Source: an uncultured Gammaproteobacteria bacterium (lineage in GTDB: Bacteria > Patescibacteriota > Patescibacteriia > Magasanikbacterales > JBBTQS01). From it: a stretch of DNA of 64,000 bases. Both the position numbers and the translations under genes were made by a program. The notes beneath the pieces were generated by a model. That model did not search any database and was not told where the DNA came from. It saw only the letters and a program-made list of their open reading frames with translations. Below, piece after piece: positions 27,232-37,283 of the stretch. Positions within the stretch are counted from its first letter, which is position 1. Every line of letters begins with the position of its first letter. The stretch lies in the NCBI GenBank assembly GCA_965230935.1, contig OZ246400.1, positions 4,090 to 68,089 of the forward strand, in the 5' to 3' direction.

Positions 27232-28320
27232 ATGGTTTTTGAAGACATTCTTGATCGATTTTCCAATCTTGATCAAATACACTACGGTGGCAATAGTGCC
27301 CAAGAGTATTTGATGGCGATTGGTATTTTTATTCTGCTGTTGGTGGTGCTCAAAGTATTTCATGTTGTGGTGTTAGCGCGCTTGCGTCGTTTGGCTAAAA
27401 AAACTGATACTGATTTTGATGATGTGGTGATTGACATTGTTTCGACGATTCAATTGCCGCTGTATTTTTTTGTGGCGGTATATTTTTCCGTGATTGCCTT
27501 AACTATCCCACAATGGCTTGAGAAAGGAATCAAACTCGTCTTTATTCTTGTAATTGCGTACGAAGTCGTGCGGGCGTTAGAGAAAATCATTGAATACGGC
27601 GTTCGTCGGTATGAGCAAAAGATCGCCAGTAGTGGTGAGCAAGCTGAAGCGGCAAAACCAATGATTGGTTTTACTCGGGTGGCATTGCGTATCGGAGTAT
27701 GGTTGATTGCAATCACCTTTGTACTTTCAAATTTTGGCGTGAATGTGACGTCAATTATCGCAAGCCTTGGGATTGGTGGAATTGCGATTGCATTGGCGTT
27801 GCAAAATGTGCTGACAGATATTTTTAGTTCATTTTCAATTTATATTGATAAACCATTTGAAATTGGGGACATGATCATGGTGGGGGAGCATAAGGGGCGT
27901 GTCGAGAAAATTGGGCTTAAAACCACGCGTCTGCGCTCACTTGAAGGCGAACAAATCATAGTAAGCAATAAGGAGCTGACTAGTGCGCGGGTACAGAATT
28001 TTCAACGTCGTGAGCGTCGTCGAGTAAAGATGTTTTTGTCATTTGAATATGGTTCAACAACCAAGACTATCGAGAAAATTCCCACGCTAGTTGAGAGCGT
28101 GATCAGCGAAGTCGAGCATGCACGGTTTAATCGCTGTTATTTTAGTGAATATCGAGACAGTGCTATAGTATTTGAAGTGGTGTACCATATTGATTCAGAT
28201 GTGTATACTATGTATATGCAAGCAAAACACGAGATAAATCTTGGATTGTATCGTGCATTTGCTAAGGCAAAAATTCCATTTGCCTATCCAACGCAAACTA
28301 TTTTTGTTCGTAAATCATAA
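27232..28320 (+). CDS. mechanosensitive ion channel, MscS family
   Basis: TM helices followed by the MscS beta-domain (GDMIMVGEHKGRVEKIGLKTTRLRSLEGEQIIVSN). Confidence 0.85.
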   Translation: MVFEDILDRFSNLDQIHYGGNSAQEYLMAIGIFILLLVVLKVFHVVVLARLRRLAKKTDTDFDDVVIDIVSTIQLPLYFFVAVYFSVIALTIPQWLEKGIKLVFILVIAYEVVRALEKIIEYGVRRYEQKIASSGEQAEAAKPMIGFTRVALRIGVWLIAITFVLSNFGVNVTSIIASLGIGGIAIALALQNVLTDIFSSFSIYIDKPFEIGDMIMVGEHKGRVEKIGLKTTRLRSLEGEQIIVSNKELTSARVQNFQRRERRRVKMFLSFEYGSTTKTIEKIPTLVESVISEVEHARFNRCYFSEYRDSAIVFEVVYHIDSDVYTMYMQAKHEINLGLYRAFAKAKIPFAYPTQTIFVRKS

Positions 28321-28330
28321 TCATTTTTCT

Positions 28331-30937
28331 ATGACACATGTTCTTTCATCTTGGCGATATTCTCATGTCTTTTGGGTACTGATTATGGTTGCGGCCATGG
28401 TTGGGTTATTTCTGAGTAGTCAAAGTGCTTTAGCAGCAATTGATGTTACTGGTGGGGGTTCTGATACTTGGATTAGTCAAAATACTCAAGTAGTCACCTT
28501 GGATCCAATGTCAGTCGGGTGTGCGCAAGATGCTGATGTGCCAGGTGCATTTTGGATTTTACTTGGTGGCGATGAGGGATTGAAGTACCGTGCCGGGGCA
28601 ACCTTGACCTTTGATTATGTTGGTGATTGGAATGGGGCTTCTGGGCAACAAACTTATGTCACGCCGTCAGCAGCAACATCGTACTCGATTAGCGGTGGTG
28701 TTCCAACCTGTAAGAAAGGGGACCGATTGATCATCTCAGGACTAATAGTGCTTTATGATGGTGTGACCACACAAGATGCCAGTGCAAATCCTGGTGCACG
28801 TGCTGTTGGAGGAAATACGTATTCAACCGGAGAGGTACACGCCGATACGCAATCACCGGTGCTCTCTGGTGCTGAGTACAAAGACACTGACTTTGATGGA
28901 ACGGTTGATGCCGTTGCATTAACGTTTGATGAAAGTGTTAGTTACGATACTTTTATCGATGTCGACTGGTCAGTGGTTGGCAATGATATTCCTAACTTGA
29001 AGATCACTGGAGTAAGTGGTGTATCCGGGAGTACAGTAACGCTTAATGCAACTGCTGATGCGAATGTCACTGGTGCAAAATCATTGGCCGGCACCAGTCC
29101 ACAGATTAGTTTGAATACAGCATCGATAACTGATGATCATGGTAATGGTAATGAAATATTCTCGTTGTATCCGGTTCGTGATAAGGCAATGCCGGCATTT
29201 TATGACGGTATCTTGGTGGATCAAGATGATGACGGAAAATTTGATGCGGCGACACTGTTGTTTACTGAATATGTGAATTATGATTCGTTAATTACCAGTG
29301 CAATTAGTTGGGCAATAACGAGTTCTGACGACTTTGATTTGCCTGGGTTTACCATCTCAAGTGTCCAGTCCACTGCAGCAACACCAAACTATGTTTGGCT
29401 TGAGTTTCCAGAATCAAATAACCAGTTTACCGGAGTTGGCGATCTTGCACTAACATTCCATGGTTCATCAATCAAGGATATTAGTACGAATGAAAATATC
29501 ATGACAGCCGCTGTTTTGACTGCTCCTGGACAGCCCTTCTCATCATTTCCTGTATTGCGTGAAGATACCAAGCCGCGCTTGCTCAGTGTGTCTCCGGTTG
29601 ATAACGCGACCTTGGTTGATACTGCCGGATCAATCTCTTTGACTTTCTCAGAGCCGATGAGTTCTGCAGATATGTTTTCTGTTCCAAGTGCGTTTACGCT
29701 TAATGAGTCCTCATGGTCTACCGATAAGCAAACAATTACCTGGACCTATTCTGGAATGGCTGAGAATACCACCTATGATGTGACCGTTGATGGTGGTACT
29801 GCAGAGGGTGGGTGGACTCCTGCAAACAAACAAGTGACTGCAGTCAATGGATTACCACTTGAGTTTTCATTTACCACAGGAGAAAACGCACTCACCATCA
29901 CCAACAAATCATTGTCGATTAACTCAGGAGCTGGTACGACCAATGATCAAACCGTTACCTTGACGATTGGCGCCACTAATGCAACGCAGATGCAAGTGAT
30001 TAATGGAACTGATTTTAGTGGAGCAGCATGGATCAGTTATGCAACAGAAAAAAGTTGGGCATTGCCGGGGAGCACGGGAAACAAAACGATTTGTGTGCGA
30101 TTTAAAAATGACACTGAAGAGAGTGGGAGTGTGTGTAGCACCATTGTGTATGACCCTGATTTTGGATCAAGCTCCGGTGAGCAGGATCCGCCAGCAACAC
30201 CAGCTCAACCAAGTGATCCAGGATCTACTGCACCAGGGTCACAAGCAAATCCATTTACTTCTGTTGCGCAACTCAACCAAGGAGATTTGATCAAGTTGCC
30301 AAATGATAATGATCCTGACACACAGCTTGATACTGCAGTATATTACTTTGGTGCTGATGGTAAGCGATATGCGTTTCCTAATCCAAAAGTGTATGCAACA
30401 TGGCATACGGATTTCTCCGCAGTAAAAGTTGTAACTACTGATGTGCTCGCATCGGTTACGTTGGGCGGAAATATGTTGGTACGCCCTGGAACCTATTTCA
30501 TTAAATCTCCAAGCTTAGCTGATGTGTATGCGGTAACTCCGGGTGGTGTATTACGTGCCTTTGAAAACGAAGCGGCTGCTATTGCATTATATGGTGCCAA
30601 TTGGGGCGCACGTCTGATTGATATGCCTGATGGGTTTATGGTCAATTATATCTTTGGCGGCGATCCACTCACCACAAGCAGCTTGTTGCCAGAAGGAGCG
30701 ATTGTAAAACACACTAGCGGAGGGAGTGCAACCAATTATTATGTGAAATCTGGGGCACTCCATGAGTTTACCGGCAGCGCGTTTGCTGATAATGGATTTA
30801 TTGCCTCATTCTTGCTCGGTATTGATAGTGCAACCAAACAACAGTATTCTAGCAGTAGCTCAATCTCTGCAAAGACCGACGCGTACTCAAAGTTCATCAA
30901 GAAAAATAAGAAGACCGGAGCAGTAAGTCAGTTGTAA
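28331..30937 (+). CDS. large secreted surface protein with a C-terminal domain shared with 58325-61258
   Basis: Signal peptide MTHVLSSWRYSHVFWVLIMVAAMVGLFLSSQSALA. Thr/Ser/Gly-rich repeats. The C-terminal ~150 aa (AVYYFGADGKRYAFPNPKVYATWH...) is paralogous to the C-terminus of the 977-aa protein. The frame is open from 28241. Confidence 0.7.
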   Translation: MTHVLSSWRYSHVFWVLIMVAAMVGLFLSSQSALAAIDVTGGGSDTWISQNTQVVTLDPMSVGCAQDADVPGAFWILLGGDEGLKYRAGATLTFDYVGDWNGASGQQTYVTPSAATSYSISGGVPTCKKGDRLIISGLIVLYDGVTTQDASANPGARAVGGNTYSTGEVHADTQSPVLSGAEYKDTDFDGTVDAVALTFDESVSYDTFIDVDWSVVGNDIPNLKITGVSGVSGSTVTLNATADANVTGAKSLAGTSPQISLNTASITDDHGNGNEIFSLYPVRDKAMPAFYDGILVDQDDDGKFDAATLLFTEYVNYDSLITSAISWAITSSDDFDLPGFTISSVQSTAATPNYVWLEFPESNNQFTGVGDLALTFHGSSIKDISTNENIMTAAVLTAPGQPFSSFPVLREDTKPRLLSVSPVDNATLVDTAGSISLTFSEPMSSADMFSVPSAFTLNESSWSTDKQTITWTYSGMAENTTYDVTVDGGTAEGGWTPANKQVTAVNGLPLEFSFTTGENALTITNKSLSINSGAGTTNDQTVTLTIGATNATQMQVINGTDFSGAAWISYATEKSWALPGSTGNKTICVRFKNDTEESGSVCSTIVYDPDFGSSSGEQDPPATPAQPSDPGSTAPGSQANPFTSVAQLNQGDLIKLPNDNDPDTQLDTAVYYFGADGKRYAFPNPKVYATWHTDFSAVKVVTTDVLASVTLGGNMLVRPGTYFIKSPSLADVYAVTPGGVLRAFENEAAAIALYGANWGARLIDMPDGFMVNYIFGGDPLTTSSLLPEGAIVKHTSGGSATNYYVKSGALHEFTGSAFADNGFIASFLLGIDSATKQQYSSSSSISAKTDAYSKFIKKNKKTGAVSQL

Positions 30938-30955
30938 ATCGTAACCCCTGCGCCT

Positions 30956-32116
30956 ATGGTGTGGCCAAAACAAGGGGGACAATTATTTGCTCGACGCGAC
31001 TTTGCGTCCATTGATGAGGCAGTGAATTTTTACGAAACCGTGATTGCTAATCTCGGCGTAAGTTTTGCATTGCTTGATCGAAAAAATAGCATTATCTGTA
31101 TTGCGCCAGAAGCGCTTCCTAAAGGAACATCTGAAGAGCAGGCCGTTGGGAAAAATTTTTTCGACATCATGCCACATTTGCTTGAAGCCAAGTTCCCCGA
31201 GATGATTGATCGGGTATTTGAATCATCTCAACCGATTATTGATTTATATGCGCGTCATACCACGTCTGCCGGACTCTCCGGATTTTTCCATCGCAAGTTT
31301 TTTCCGGTGGTGATTAGTGGGGTATGTGAAGCAATAGTACTTATTGTTGAGGATGTAAATGAATATCGTTTGGCAAAATTGCATGCGCATGAGTCAGAGT
31401 TTCGATACCAACGGCTTATCGAAAGCATGAATCTTATTTCGTTTCGTCTTGATGCGATTGGAAAATTTACCTACATCAACAAGGCGAGTTTGCAGGTGTT
31501 TGAATGGAGTCCGGCAGAGATGTTAGGAACCGCCTTTGTGCAGTATGTCCACAAAGATGATGTGGGAAAGTTTTGGAAAGTATTTTGGCAAGTGGTAAAC
31601 AAAGATCAAGATTATGGCACGGTAGAGGAGCGAATTGTAACGCGCACCGGAAAAGTAAAACATATTCGGTGGAACATCCACCCGCTCTATGATGAGGAGG
31701 GGAAAATTGTTGGCTCGCAGGGAGTAGGGGAGGACATCACCCAACAGCAAGAATTATTTGAGAATTTGCAAACCAGTTATGGCAAATATCGAGGTTTCTT
31801 TAATGCGTTGCCGGTTCCGGTATGTATTGTTGGTAAGAATGATGTAGTGGTAGGTGCCAGTCGTAAGATGTGTAAGTTATTGCTCTTTTCTCAAAAAGAG
31901 ATGCGAGAGATGACTATTTTTGATATACTCTCTTTAGATGAGCTTCCGCGATTTTCAAAAATGTGGATCAAACTCAAAAACACCGGAGGAATCCCACAGC
32001 ATGAAACTGTACTGACGCGTAAAGACGGGTCTTCGGTTCGTGTCATGGTGAATGGCGTCCGGTTTGGTGAGTACTACATGTTCATTTTTAAGCGGGAGTT
32101 GTCATCATCGTCTTAA
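30956..32116 (+). CDS. PAS-domain sensor protein (tandem PAS, no recognisable output domain)
   Basis: Repeated PAS-like blocks (e.g. ERIVTRTGKVKHIRWNIHPLYDEEGKIVGSQGVGEDITQQQE). No kinase or GGDEF domain. Confidence 0.65.
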   Translation: MVWPKQGGQLFARRDFASIDEAVNFYETVIANLGVSFALLDRKNSIICIAPEALPKGTSEEQAVGKNFFDIMPHLLEAKFPEMIDRVFESSQPIIDLYARHTTSAGLSGFFHRKFFPVVISGVCEAIVLIVEDVNEYRLAKLHAHESEFRYQRLIESMNLISFRLDAIGKFTYINKASLQVFEWSPAEMLGTAFVQYVHKDDVGKFWKVFWQVVNKDQDYGTVEERIVTRTGKVKHIRWNIHPLYDEEGKIVGSQGVGEDITQQQELFENLQTSYGKYRGFFNALPVPVCIVGKNDVVVGASRKMCKLLLFSQKEMREMTIFDILSLDELPRFSKMWIKLKNTGGIPQHETVLTRKDGSSVRVMVNGVRFGEYYMFIFKRELSSSS

Positions 32117-32124
32117 GATTTTTC

Positions 32125-33282
32125 ATGGCAAACTCACGACGAGCAGTGTCCTTTTTTGAGGCAATGATGTTGATCGTCGGTTCTGTGGTTGGAGCCGGCG
32201 TTCTTGGTATACCGTATGTTGTCTCCCAGGTGGGGTTTGGTCTTGGGGTGGTGTATTTGGTGGTACTCGGAGCAGTAAGTATTGGGCTGCATTTGGTGTT
32301 AGGTGAGGTAACGTTGCGCACCAAAAAGTTTTTACAAATTGGCGGTTTGGCAGAAAAGTACATCGGACCGCGGATAGGGACTGCGGTAAAGTTGCTTGTG
32401 GTGCTCATGGGAGCAAGTGCACTGGTCGCCTATGTCATTGGAATGGGTCAAGCAGCATATGCAATTTTTGCAGATACGGCGATCGGATTTACTCCATATA
32501 TCTGGAGTATTATTTTTTGGGCATTTGGTTCGTTGATTGTTGCCGCTGGTTTGCGCACACTCGCGCATATGGAGTTTGTATTTGCGAGTATTATCTTTTT
32601 GATCATGATTATCATTGCCGGAATTGCGGCACCGAGTGTTGCGTATGATCAACTTACGCATGTGAGTTTTGCTCATTTCTTTTTGCCGTACGGTGTGATT
32701 TTGTTTGCATTTCATGGAACGGTTGCTATTCCGCAAGTGGAGGAATTATTGCCTAAGCAGCAGCGACGAATGAAACGGGCGATTTTGTATGGTGGTGCCG
32801 TACCGATTGTGCTGTATTTGTTGTTTACCTGGGCAGTAGTTGGTGTTACCGGCGTTGATACTACACCAATTGCGACCATTGGGTTGGGTGAGTATTTGGG
32901 TCCTGGTGCTATTATTTTTGGTAATCTTTTTGCGTTATTTGCCATGATTACGAGTTTTTTTGGTATTGGACTAGCATTGCGGCGCACATTTGAATGGGAT
33001 TTCAAACTCCCTCCATTGTGGGCAATAGTACTCACGCTGGGGATTCCATTGGGTGTATTTTTATTGGGCTTGCGAGATTTTATTGCAACCATCGGTATTG
33101 CCGGCGCGCTGTTTGGATCTCTTGAGGCACTTATTATTATTGTTATGTTTTGGAAATCTCGTAGTAACGGTGACATGCCGGCACGTGCGTATGCACTCCA
33201 TTGGGCCAGCTTTTTGATCGCAATCTTAGCCATTGTCTTTTTGATTGGCGGTGTGTATGGTGTATTAGAGTTATTAGCGTAA
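32125..33282 (+). CDS. amino acid permease (aromatic amino acid/HAAAP-like transporter)
   Basis: Eleven or so TM helices. The N-terminus AMMLIVGSVVGAGVLGIPY resembles Trp/Tyr permease family proteins. Confidence 0.65.
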   Translation: MANSRRAVSFFEAMMLIVGSVVGAGVLGIPYVVSQVGFGLGVVYLVVLGAVSIGLHLVLGEVTLRTKKFLQIGGLAEKYIGPRIGTAVKLLVVLMGASALVAYVIGMGQAAYAIFADTAIGFTPYIWSIIFWAFGSLIVAAGLRTLAHMEFVFASIIFLIMIIIAGIAAPSVAYDQLTHVSFAHFFLPYGVILFAFHGTVAIPQVEELLPKQQRRMKRAILYGGAVPIVLYLLFTWAVVGVTGVDTTPIATIGLGEYLGPGAIIFGNLFALFAMITSFFGIGLALRRTFEWDFKLPPLWAIVLTLGIPLGVFLLGLRDFIATIGIAGALFGSLEALIIIVMFWKSRSNGDMPARAYALHWASFLIAILAIVFLIGGVYGVLELLA

Positions 33283-33286
33283 CGAT

Positions 33287-34531
33287 ATGAAACACATTGT
33301 TATTTTAGGTACTGGATTTGCAGCGCTTGATACCTATCGCCATGTACACAAGTTGATCCATCGTCGCACTGATGTGCGTATTACTATTGTAGGACGCAAC
33401 AATTATTTTTTGTTTACTCCAATGTTGCACGAGATCGCCGCAGGAAGTGTGGGGCGCAGTCATATTGTGCAGCCGGTGCGTGAAGTGGTGCGGTGTTGTT
33501 TGGAGTCATTCCATCAAGCAGAGATTGAGAAAGTAGACATCGAAAAAAAGCAGATACACACGAGTACCGGTGTAGTTTCGTATGATTATCTTGTCGTAGG
33601 GCTTGGTTCACGAGTGAATTATTTTGGGGTCAAAGGCGCCAAACAACATACGTTGGCGTTGAAGACTATGCAGGACGCTGTGGCATTGCGCAATCATATC
33701 ATCTCAGTTTTTGAGCAGGCGACAAAAGAGAAAAATACAAAAAAACGTAAGCAGCTATTAAACTTTGTGATTATTGGAGCTGGGCCTACTGGTGTGGAGT
33801 TGGCAGGACAAATGGCTGATTTAGTATATCACGCGTTTCGACCACTCTATCAAGAGATTGATTATAAAGAAGTTAAAATCACCTTGGTGCATCGTAATGA
33901 ACGCGTGTTGCATGTATTTCGAGAGAAAACCAGTGTCCAGGCGCTTAAGCGACTTAAAAAAATAGGAATAACCGTGAAGCTCAAGACAGGAGTGGTTGCG
34001 GTTGATGAGCAAGGAGTAGAGCTTGATTCAGGGTCACGAGTTGAATCCAAAACCGTAGTTTGGGCTGCCGGTACGGCATCAGTGGCTCCGGATGTTTTAG
34101 ACGCAAAGTGGCTCAATAAGCGCGGACAAATAAAAGTTCGCCCGGAGCTTCATATCCCGGATCATCCCAATGTATTTGCCTTGGGTGATTGTGCTGCGCT
34201 TGATGGTGATTTGGCTCCGTTTGCTCCAGCGACCGCACAAGCAGCACAAGATGCCGCAAAAATTGTCGCTCGTAACGTGAATATGGCATGTAGTGATGTT
34301 TCAGAAGAAAAATACAAATCATTTATTTTCAAACAAAAAGGATATATTATGCCGATTGGCGATTGGTTTGCTGTGGCTGAGATCGGCCCGTTCACGTTTA
34401 GTGGGCGTGTGGCTTGGTGGATGCGTCGAACGGTATTTATTCAACATTTGAATAGTTGGATGAACCGACTTCGGGTCACGATTGATTGGACATTGCATAG
34501 TTTTATGCATCGTGACACGAGTGAGTTGTAA
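33287..34531 (+). CDS. FAD-dependent pyridine nucleotide-disulfide oxidoreductase, NDH-2-like
   Basis: Rossmann motifs IVILGTGFAAL and IIGAGPTGVELAG. About 410 aa, type-II NADH dehydrogenase-like. Confidence 0.8.
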   Translation: MKHIVILGTGFAALDTYRHVHKLIHRRTDVRITIVGRNNYFLFTPMLHEIAAGSVGRSHIVQPVREVVRCCLESFHQAEIEKVDIEKKQIHTSTGVVSYDYLVVGLGSRVNYFGVKGAKQHTLALKTMQDAVALRNHIISVFEQATKEKNTKKRKQLLNFVIIGAGPTGVELAGQMADLVYHAFRPLYQEIDYKEVKITLVHRNERVLHVFREKTSVQALKRLKKIGITVKLKTGVVAVDEQGVELDSGSRVESKTVVWAAGTASVAPDVLDAKWLNKRGQIKVRPELHIPDHPNVFALGDCAALDGDLAPFAPATAQAAQDAAKIVARNVNMACSDVSEEKYKSFIFKQKGYIMPIGDWFAVAEIGPFTFSGRVAWWMRRTVFIQHLNSWMNRLRVTIDWTLHSFMHRDTSEL

Positions 34532-34533
34532 AT

Positions 34534-35346
34534 ATGGAAATACTGCAGGCTATTGTTTTGGGGGCGTTGCAGGGTGTGACGGAGTTTTTGCCTGTTTCTA
34601 GTTCTGGTCATTTGGTGTTGTTGCCGTATGTGGCAGGCTGGGATTCACTTGGTTTGGCGTTTGATGTAATTTTGCATCTTGGAACCTTTGCCGCTATTGT
34701 TGTAGTCTTCTTTACGAAGATTGCGCAGTTACTGCGAGGATTTTTTATGCCAACTCGATACCGGGCCGATGCGCGCCTTGCCTGGATAATTATCGCAGCA
34801 AGTATTCCAGCAGCGGTAATTGGGTTTGCTTTGGTTGATATTGTTGAGGGATTTTTGCGCGATCCGCTTGTGGTAGTATTTGGGTTATTGTTTGGTTCGA
34901 CATGTTTGTGGTTTGCCGATCATTTGATTGCTGAGAAGAAGCGAACCGTGAAAAAGATAGAGCAGGTTGGGTTTTGGCAGGGGATTGGTATTGGTATGGC
35001 ACAGACATTGGCGCTTGTTCCAGGAGTATCTCGATCCGGAGTGACCATGAGTACTGCTGCGTGGCTTGGATTTGATCGTCCGACCAGTGCAGCGTTTTCA
35101 TTTTTGCTTGGTGCGCCAGTGTTCTTAGGAGCAGGAGTGCATCAAATTATGGCATTGGTGAACAAGCCAAATGGTGTTGCTACACTGTTGAGCACCCCGA
35201 TGATCGTTGGATTTGTAAGTGCACTGTTTGTTGGCATGATTGCGATTCGATTTTTACTCAAATACTTACATGCCCATAGTTTTCGTGGATTTGTGTGGTA
35301 TCGCACCGTCTTAGCGCTCATCATTTTTGTGGTGTTATTTACCTAG
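34534..35346 (+). CDS. uppP: undecaprenyl-diphosphatase UppP (BacA)
   Basis: GVTEFLPVSSSGHLVL motif and a polytopic membrane topology. Confidence 0.9.
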   Translation: MEILQAIVLGALQGVTEFLPVSSSGHLVLLPYVAGWDSLGLAFDVILHLGTFAAIVVVFFTKIAQLLRGFFMPTRYRADARLAWIIIAASIPAAVIGFALVDIVEGFLRDPLVVVFGLLFGSTCLWFADHLIAEKKRTVKKIEQVGFWQGIGIGMAQTLALVPGVSRSGVTMSTAAWLGFDRPTSAAFSFLLGAPVFLGAGVHQIMALVNKPNGVATLLSTPMIVGFVSALFVGMIAIRFLLKYLHAHSFRGFVWYRTVLALIIFVVLFT

Positions 35347-35391
35347 TATGCTTGGTTTACAAAACTGCCTATTTTCGCGTATACTTTGGGT

Positions 35392-36084
35392 ATGATAATC
35401 GACTTTTTCCAGCATACATTGTACGAGCCCTTGTTTAACTTGCTGGTCTGGATTTACAATAATTTTACTGCACAAAATTTTGGATGGGCGGTTGTGATCA
35501 TGACCGTTGGTTTTCGTGTTATTATGTTGCCGCTTTCCATTATTTCGGAGCGTAACAAGCTGCGATATGCCATGCTGCACAAACGTATTTCCAGTATTAA
35601 ACATGATTTTGGAAAGGATCCGGTAGCGATGCGTAATCGGATTCGGTTGTTATTTGAGGAGTATCGTATTAGTCCGTGGGCCAAAACGATTGTGTTATTG
35701 GCGCAAGTATTGCTCTTTTTAATTCTGTACTGGGTATTTTTGCGTGGAGTCAACAGCGAGCAGATTGGTACGATTCTCTATGATTTTGTGGGTCACCCTG
35801 GTATAATCAATACAGATTTTTACGGCTTTAATATTGCTGCTCGCAGCGCGTTGTGGGCCGGCGCCACTGGTATTTTGTTCTTCTTGATTGTGCTTATTGA
35901 ACAGCACGGTCAGCGGTTAAAAAGAGCTGATTTGTACTATCGCGTCCTGTTTCCGTTCTCGATATTTATTTTTTTGTGGTTGCTGCCAATGGTAAAGTCG
36001 TTGTTCTTTATGACCTCAGTACTATTTAGTTTGGTACTGATTCTGTTGCGAAAACTTTTTATCAAAACACCAAAATCAAGATAA
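35392..36084 (+). CDS. yidC: membrane protein insertase YidC/Oxa1 family (short form)
   Basis: GWAVVIMTVGFRVIMLPLS conserved YidC core helix. About 230 aa. Open from TTG 35386. Confidence 0.8.
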   Translation: MIIDFFQHTLYEPLFNLLVWIYNNFTAQNFGWAVVIMTVGFRVIMLPLSIISERNKLRYAMLHKRISSIKHDFGKDPVAMRNRIRLLFEEYRISPWAKTIVLLAQVLLFLILYWVFLRGVNSEQIGTILYDFVGHPGIINTDFYGFNIAARSALWAGATGILFFLIVLIEQHGQRLKRADLYYRVLFPFSIFIFLWLLPMVKSLFFMTSVLFSLVLILLRKLFIKTPKSR

Positions 36085-36093
36085 TTGCAATCT

Positions 36094-36669
36094 ATGTCAG
36101 CTGAATCCGTTGATAAACTCATGTATTCATTTGTGATCGAGGACGTCCTCAAAGGCGTCTTTATTCACGTACCACCGGGATATGTCGCGTGTGTATATGA
36201 TTTAGGTCGGGGAGTGCTTAAAAAAGTGTTGACTCCTGGACTGCATTTGAAAATTCCGTTTTGGCAAAAGGCCAAGTTGTTTAACACGCAAACACTTGAA
36301 TATAGTATTTCGCGCGAGTTTAACCCAAAGAATGAAAATGCGATGGGGGATATTCCGATTCAAGTGGAGACCAAAGATGATAAAAAGTTGGTGATCGAGG
36401 GGACGGTATTGTTACGATTGGACATTCATCAGATCCCAGCAATTTGGCAAACGATTGGTGAGGATTTTATTCATAAAATTATTCGGCCGACCATTCAATC
36501 ACGTATGCGTTTGATTATGTCGCATTGGAAAGGGCAAGAGGTAATTTCGACTAAGCGGGACGAGGTGGAAGAAGATATCCGTTCGCAGCTTGAAAAATTG
36601 TTTAAACGTCGTGGAATTTTTGTTGAGGATGTGTTGCTCTCAGAGGTAAGTCCGGTGGGGAGGGGATAG
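36094..36669 (+). CDS. SPFH/band-7 (prohibitin/HflC-like) domain protein
   Basis: VPPGYVACVYDLGRGVLKKVLTPGLHLKIPFWQKAKLFNTQTLEY is an SPFH N-terminal signature. Relatively short at 191 aa. Confidence 0.75.
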   Translation: MSAESVDKLMYSFVIEDVLKGVFIHVPPGYVACVYDLGRGVLKKVLTPGLHLKIPFWQKAKLFNTQTLEYSISREFNPKNENAMGDIPIQVETKDDKKLVIEGTVLLRLDIHQIPAIWQTIGEDFIHKIIRPTIQSRMRLIMSHWKGQEVISTKRDEVEEDIRSQLEKLFKRRGIFVEDVLLSEVSPVGRG

Positions 36670-36691
36670 TCAATTTTAAAGCGAAGAAATA

Positions 36692-36717
36692 ATACACCGT
36701 TAATGGCGGTGTATTTT
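36692..36717 (+). terminator. rho-independent terminator
   Basis: ATACACCG / CGGTGTAT stem followed by TTT. Confidence 0.65.
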
Positions 36718-36805
36718 GGTATTCTTCTTCTTGACCGGGAGTTAGATGCCTGCTATTTTATGGTCAACGTGTCATCACTGGGGTGACACAAGGAGGATTG
36801 AGCAC

Positions 36806-37177
36806 GTGGACGGCACATGTAAGCTTCTACTCGTCGTGAGCAGAGGAAGGAAAGATGGCCCTGCAGCCACTAAAGGAGCACAGGTCAGTGATGATCTGGA
36901 GGGCAAGATCATTGTGCGCATGGTGAGGTGGCCAACCATACCTACGCGTGGTGATCTGTGCGTGTTTGGTCGTACTGAGGATGGAAAGGTGATTTCGAAG
37001 TACCTGGAACGCTCAGCACGATCCATTCAGCACGACTTTGATCACGACGTGGTTCGGGTTTGCTATCGCGGTCTTGAGCCCGCACTGTTCGACGTACTAG
37101 CGAACCAAGACGGTTGGCAGACGTTGGAGAAGTGGGAGGCTGGGCTTGCTTCGTCTCAAGACACCGCAGAGGGCTGA
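36806..37177 (+). CDS. hypothetical protein (GC-rich micro-insert cargo)
   Basis: AAGGAGG Shine-Dalgarno at 36791-36797, then GTG 36806. 123 codons. A short hairpin GTGTCA..TGACAC lies just upstream. No family recognised. A longer ATG-initiated frame runs from 36746. Confidence 0.45.
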   Translation: MDGTCKLLLVVSRGRKDGPAATKGAQVSDDLEGKIIVRMVRWPTIPTRGDLCVFGRTEDGKVISKYLERSARSIQHDFDHDVVRVCYRGLEPALFDVLANQDGWQTLEKWEAGLASSQDTAEG

Positions 37178-37252
37178 GTAGCCCGACACGCACGCAACAC
37201 AACTTCATACAACAGACAGCCGTTGACGCCATGTTCAGCGGTTTGTGTATTC

Positions 37253-37280
37253 TTGACAGGTTTTATAGGTGTGCTATGCT
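37253..37280 (+). promoter_or_regulatory. sigma70-like promoter of the hrcA operon (TTGACA-16-TATGCT)
   Basis: Consensus -35, a 16-nt spacer, and a -10 that abuts the CIRCE operator. Confidence 0.55.
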
Positions 37281-37283
37281 TGC

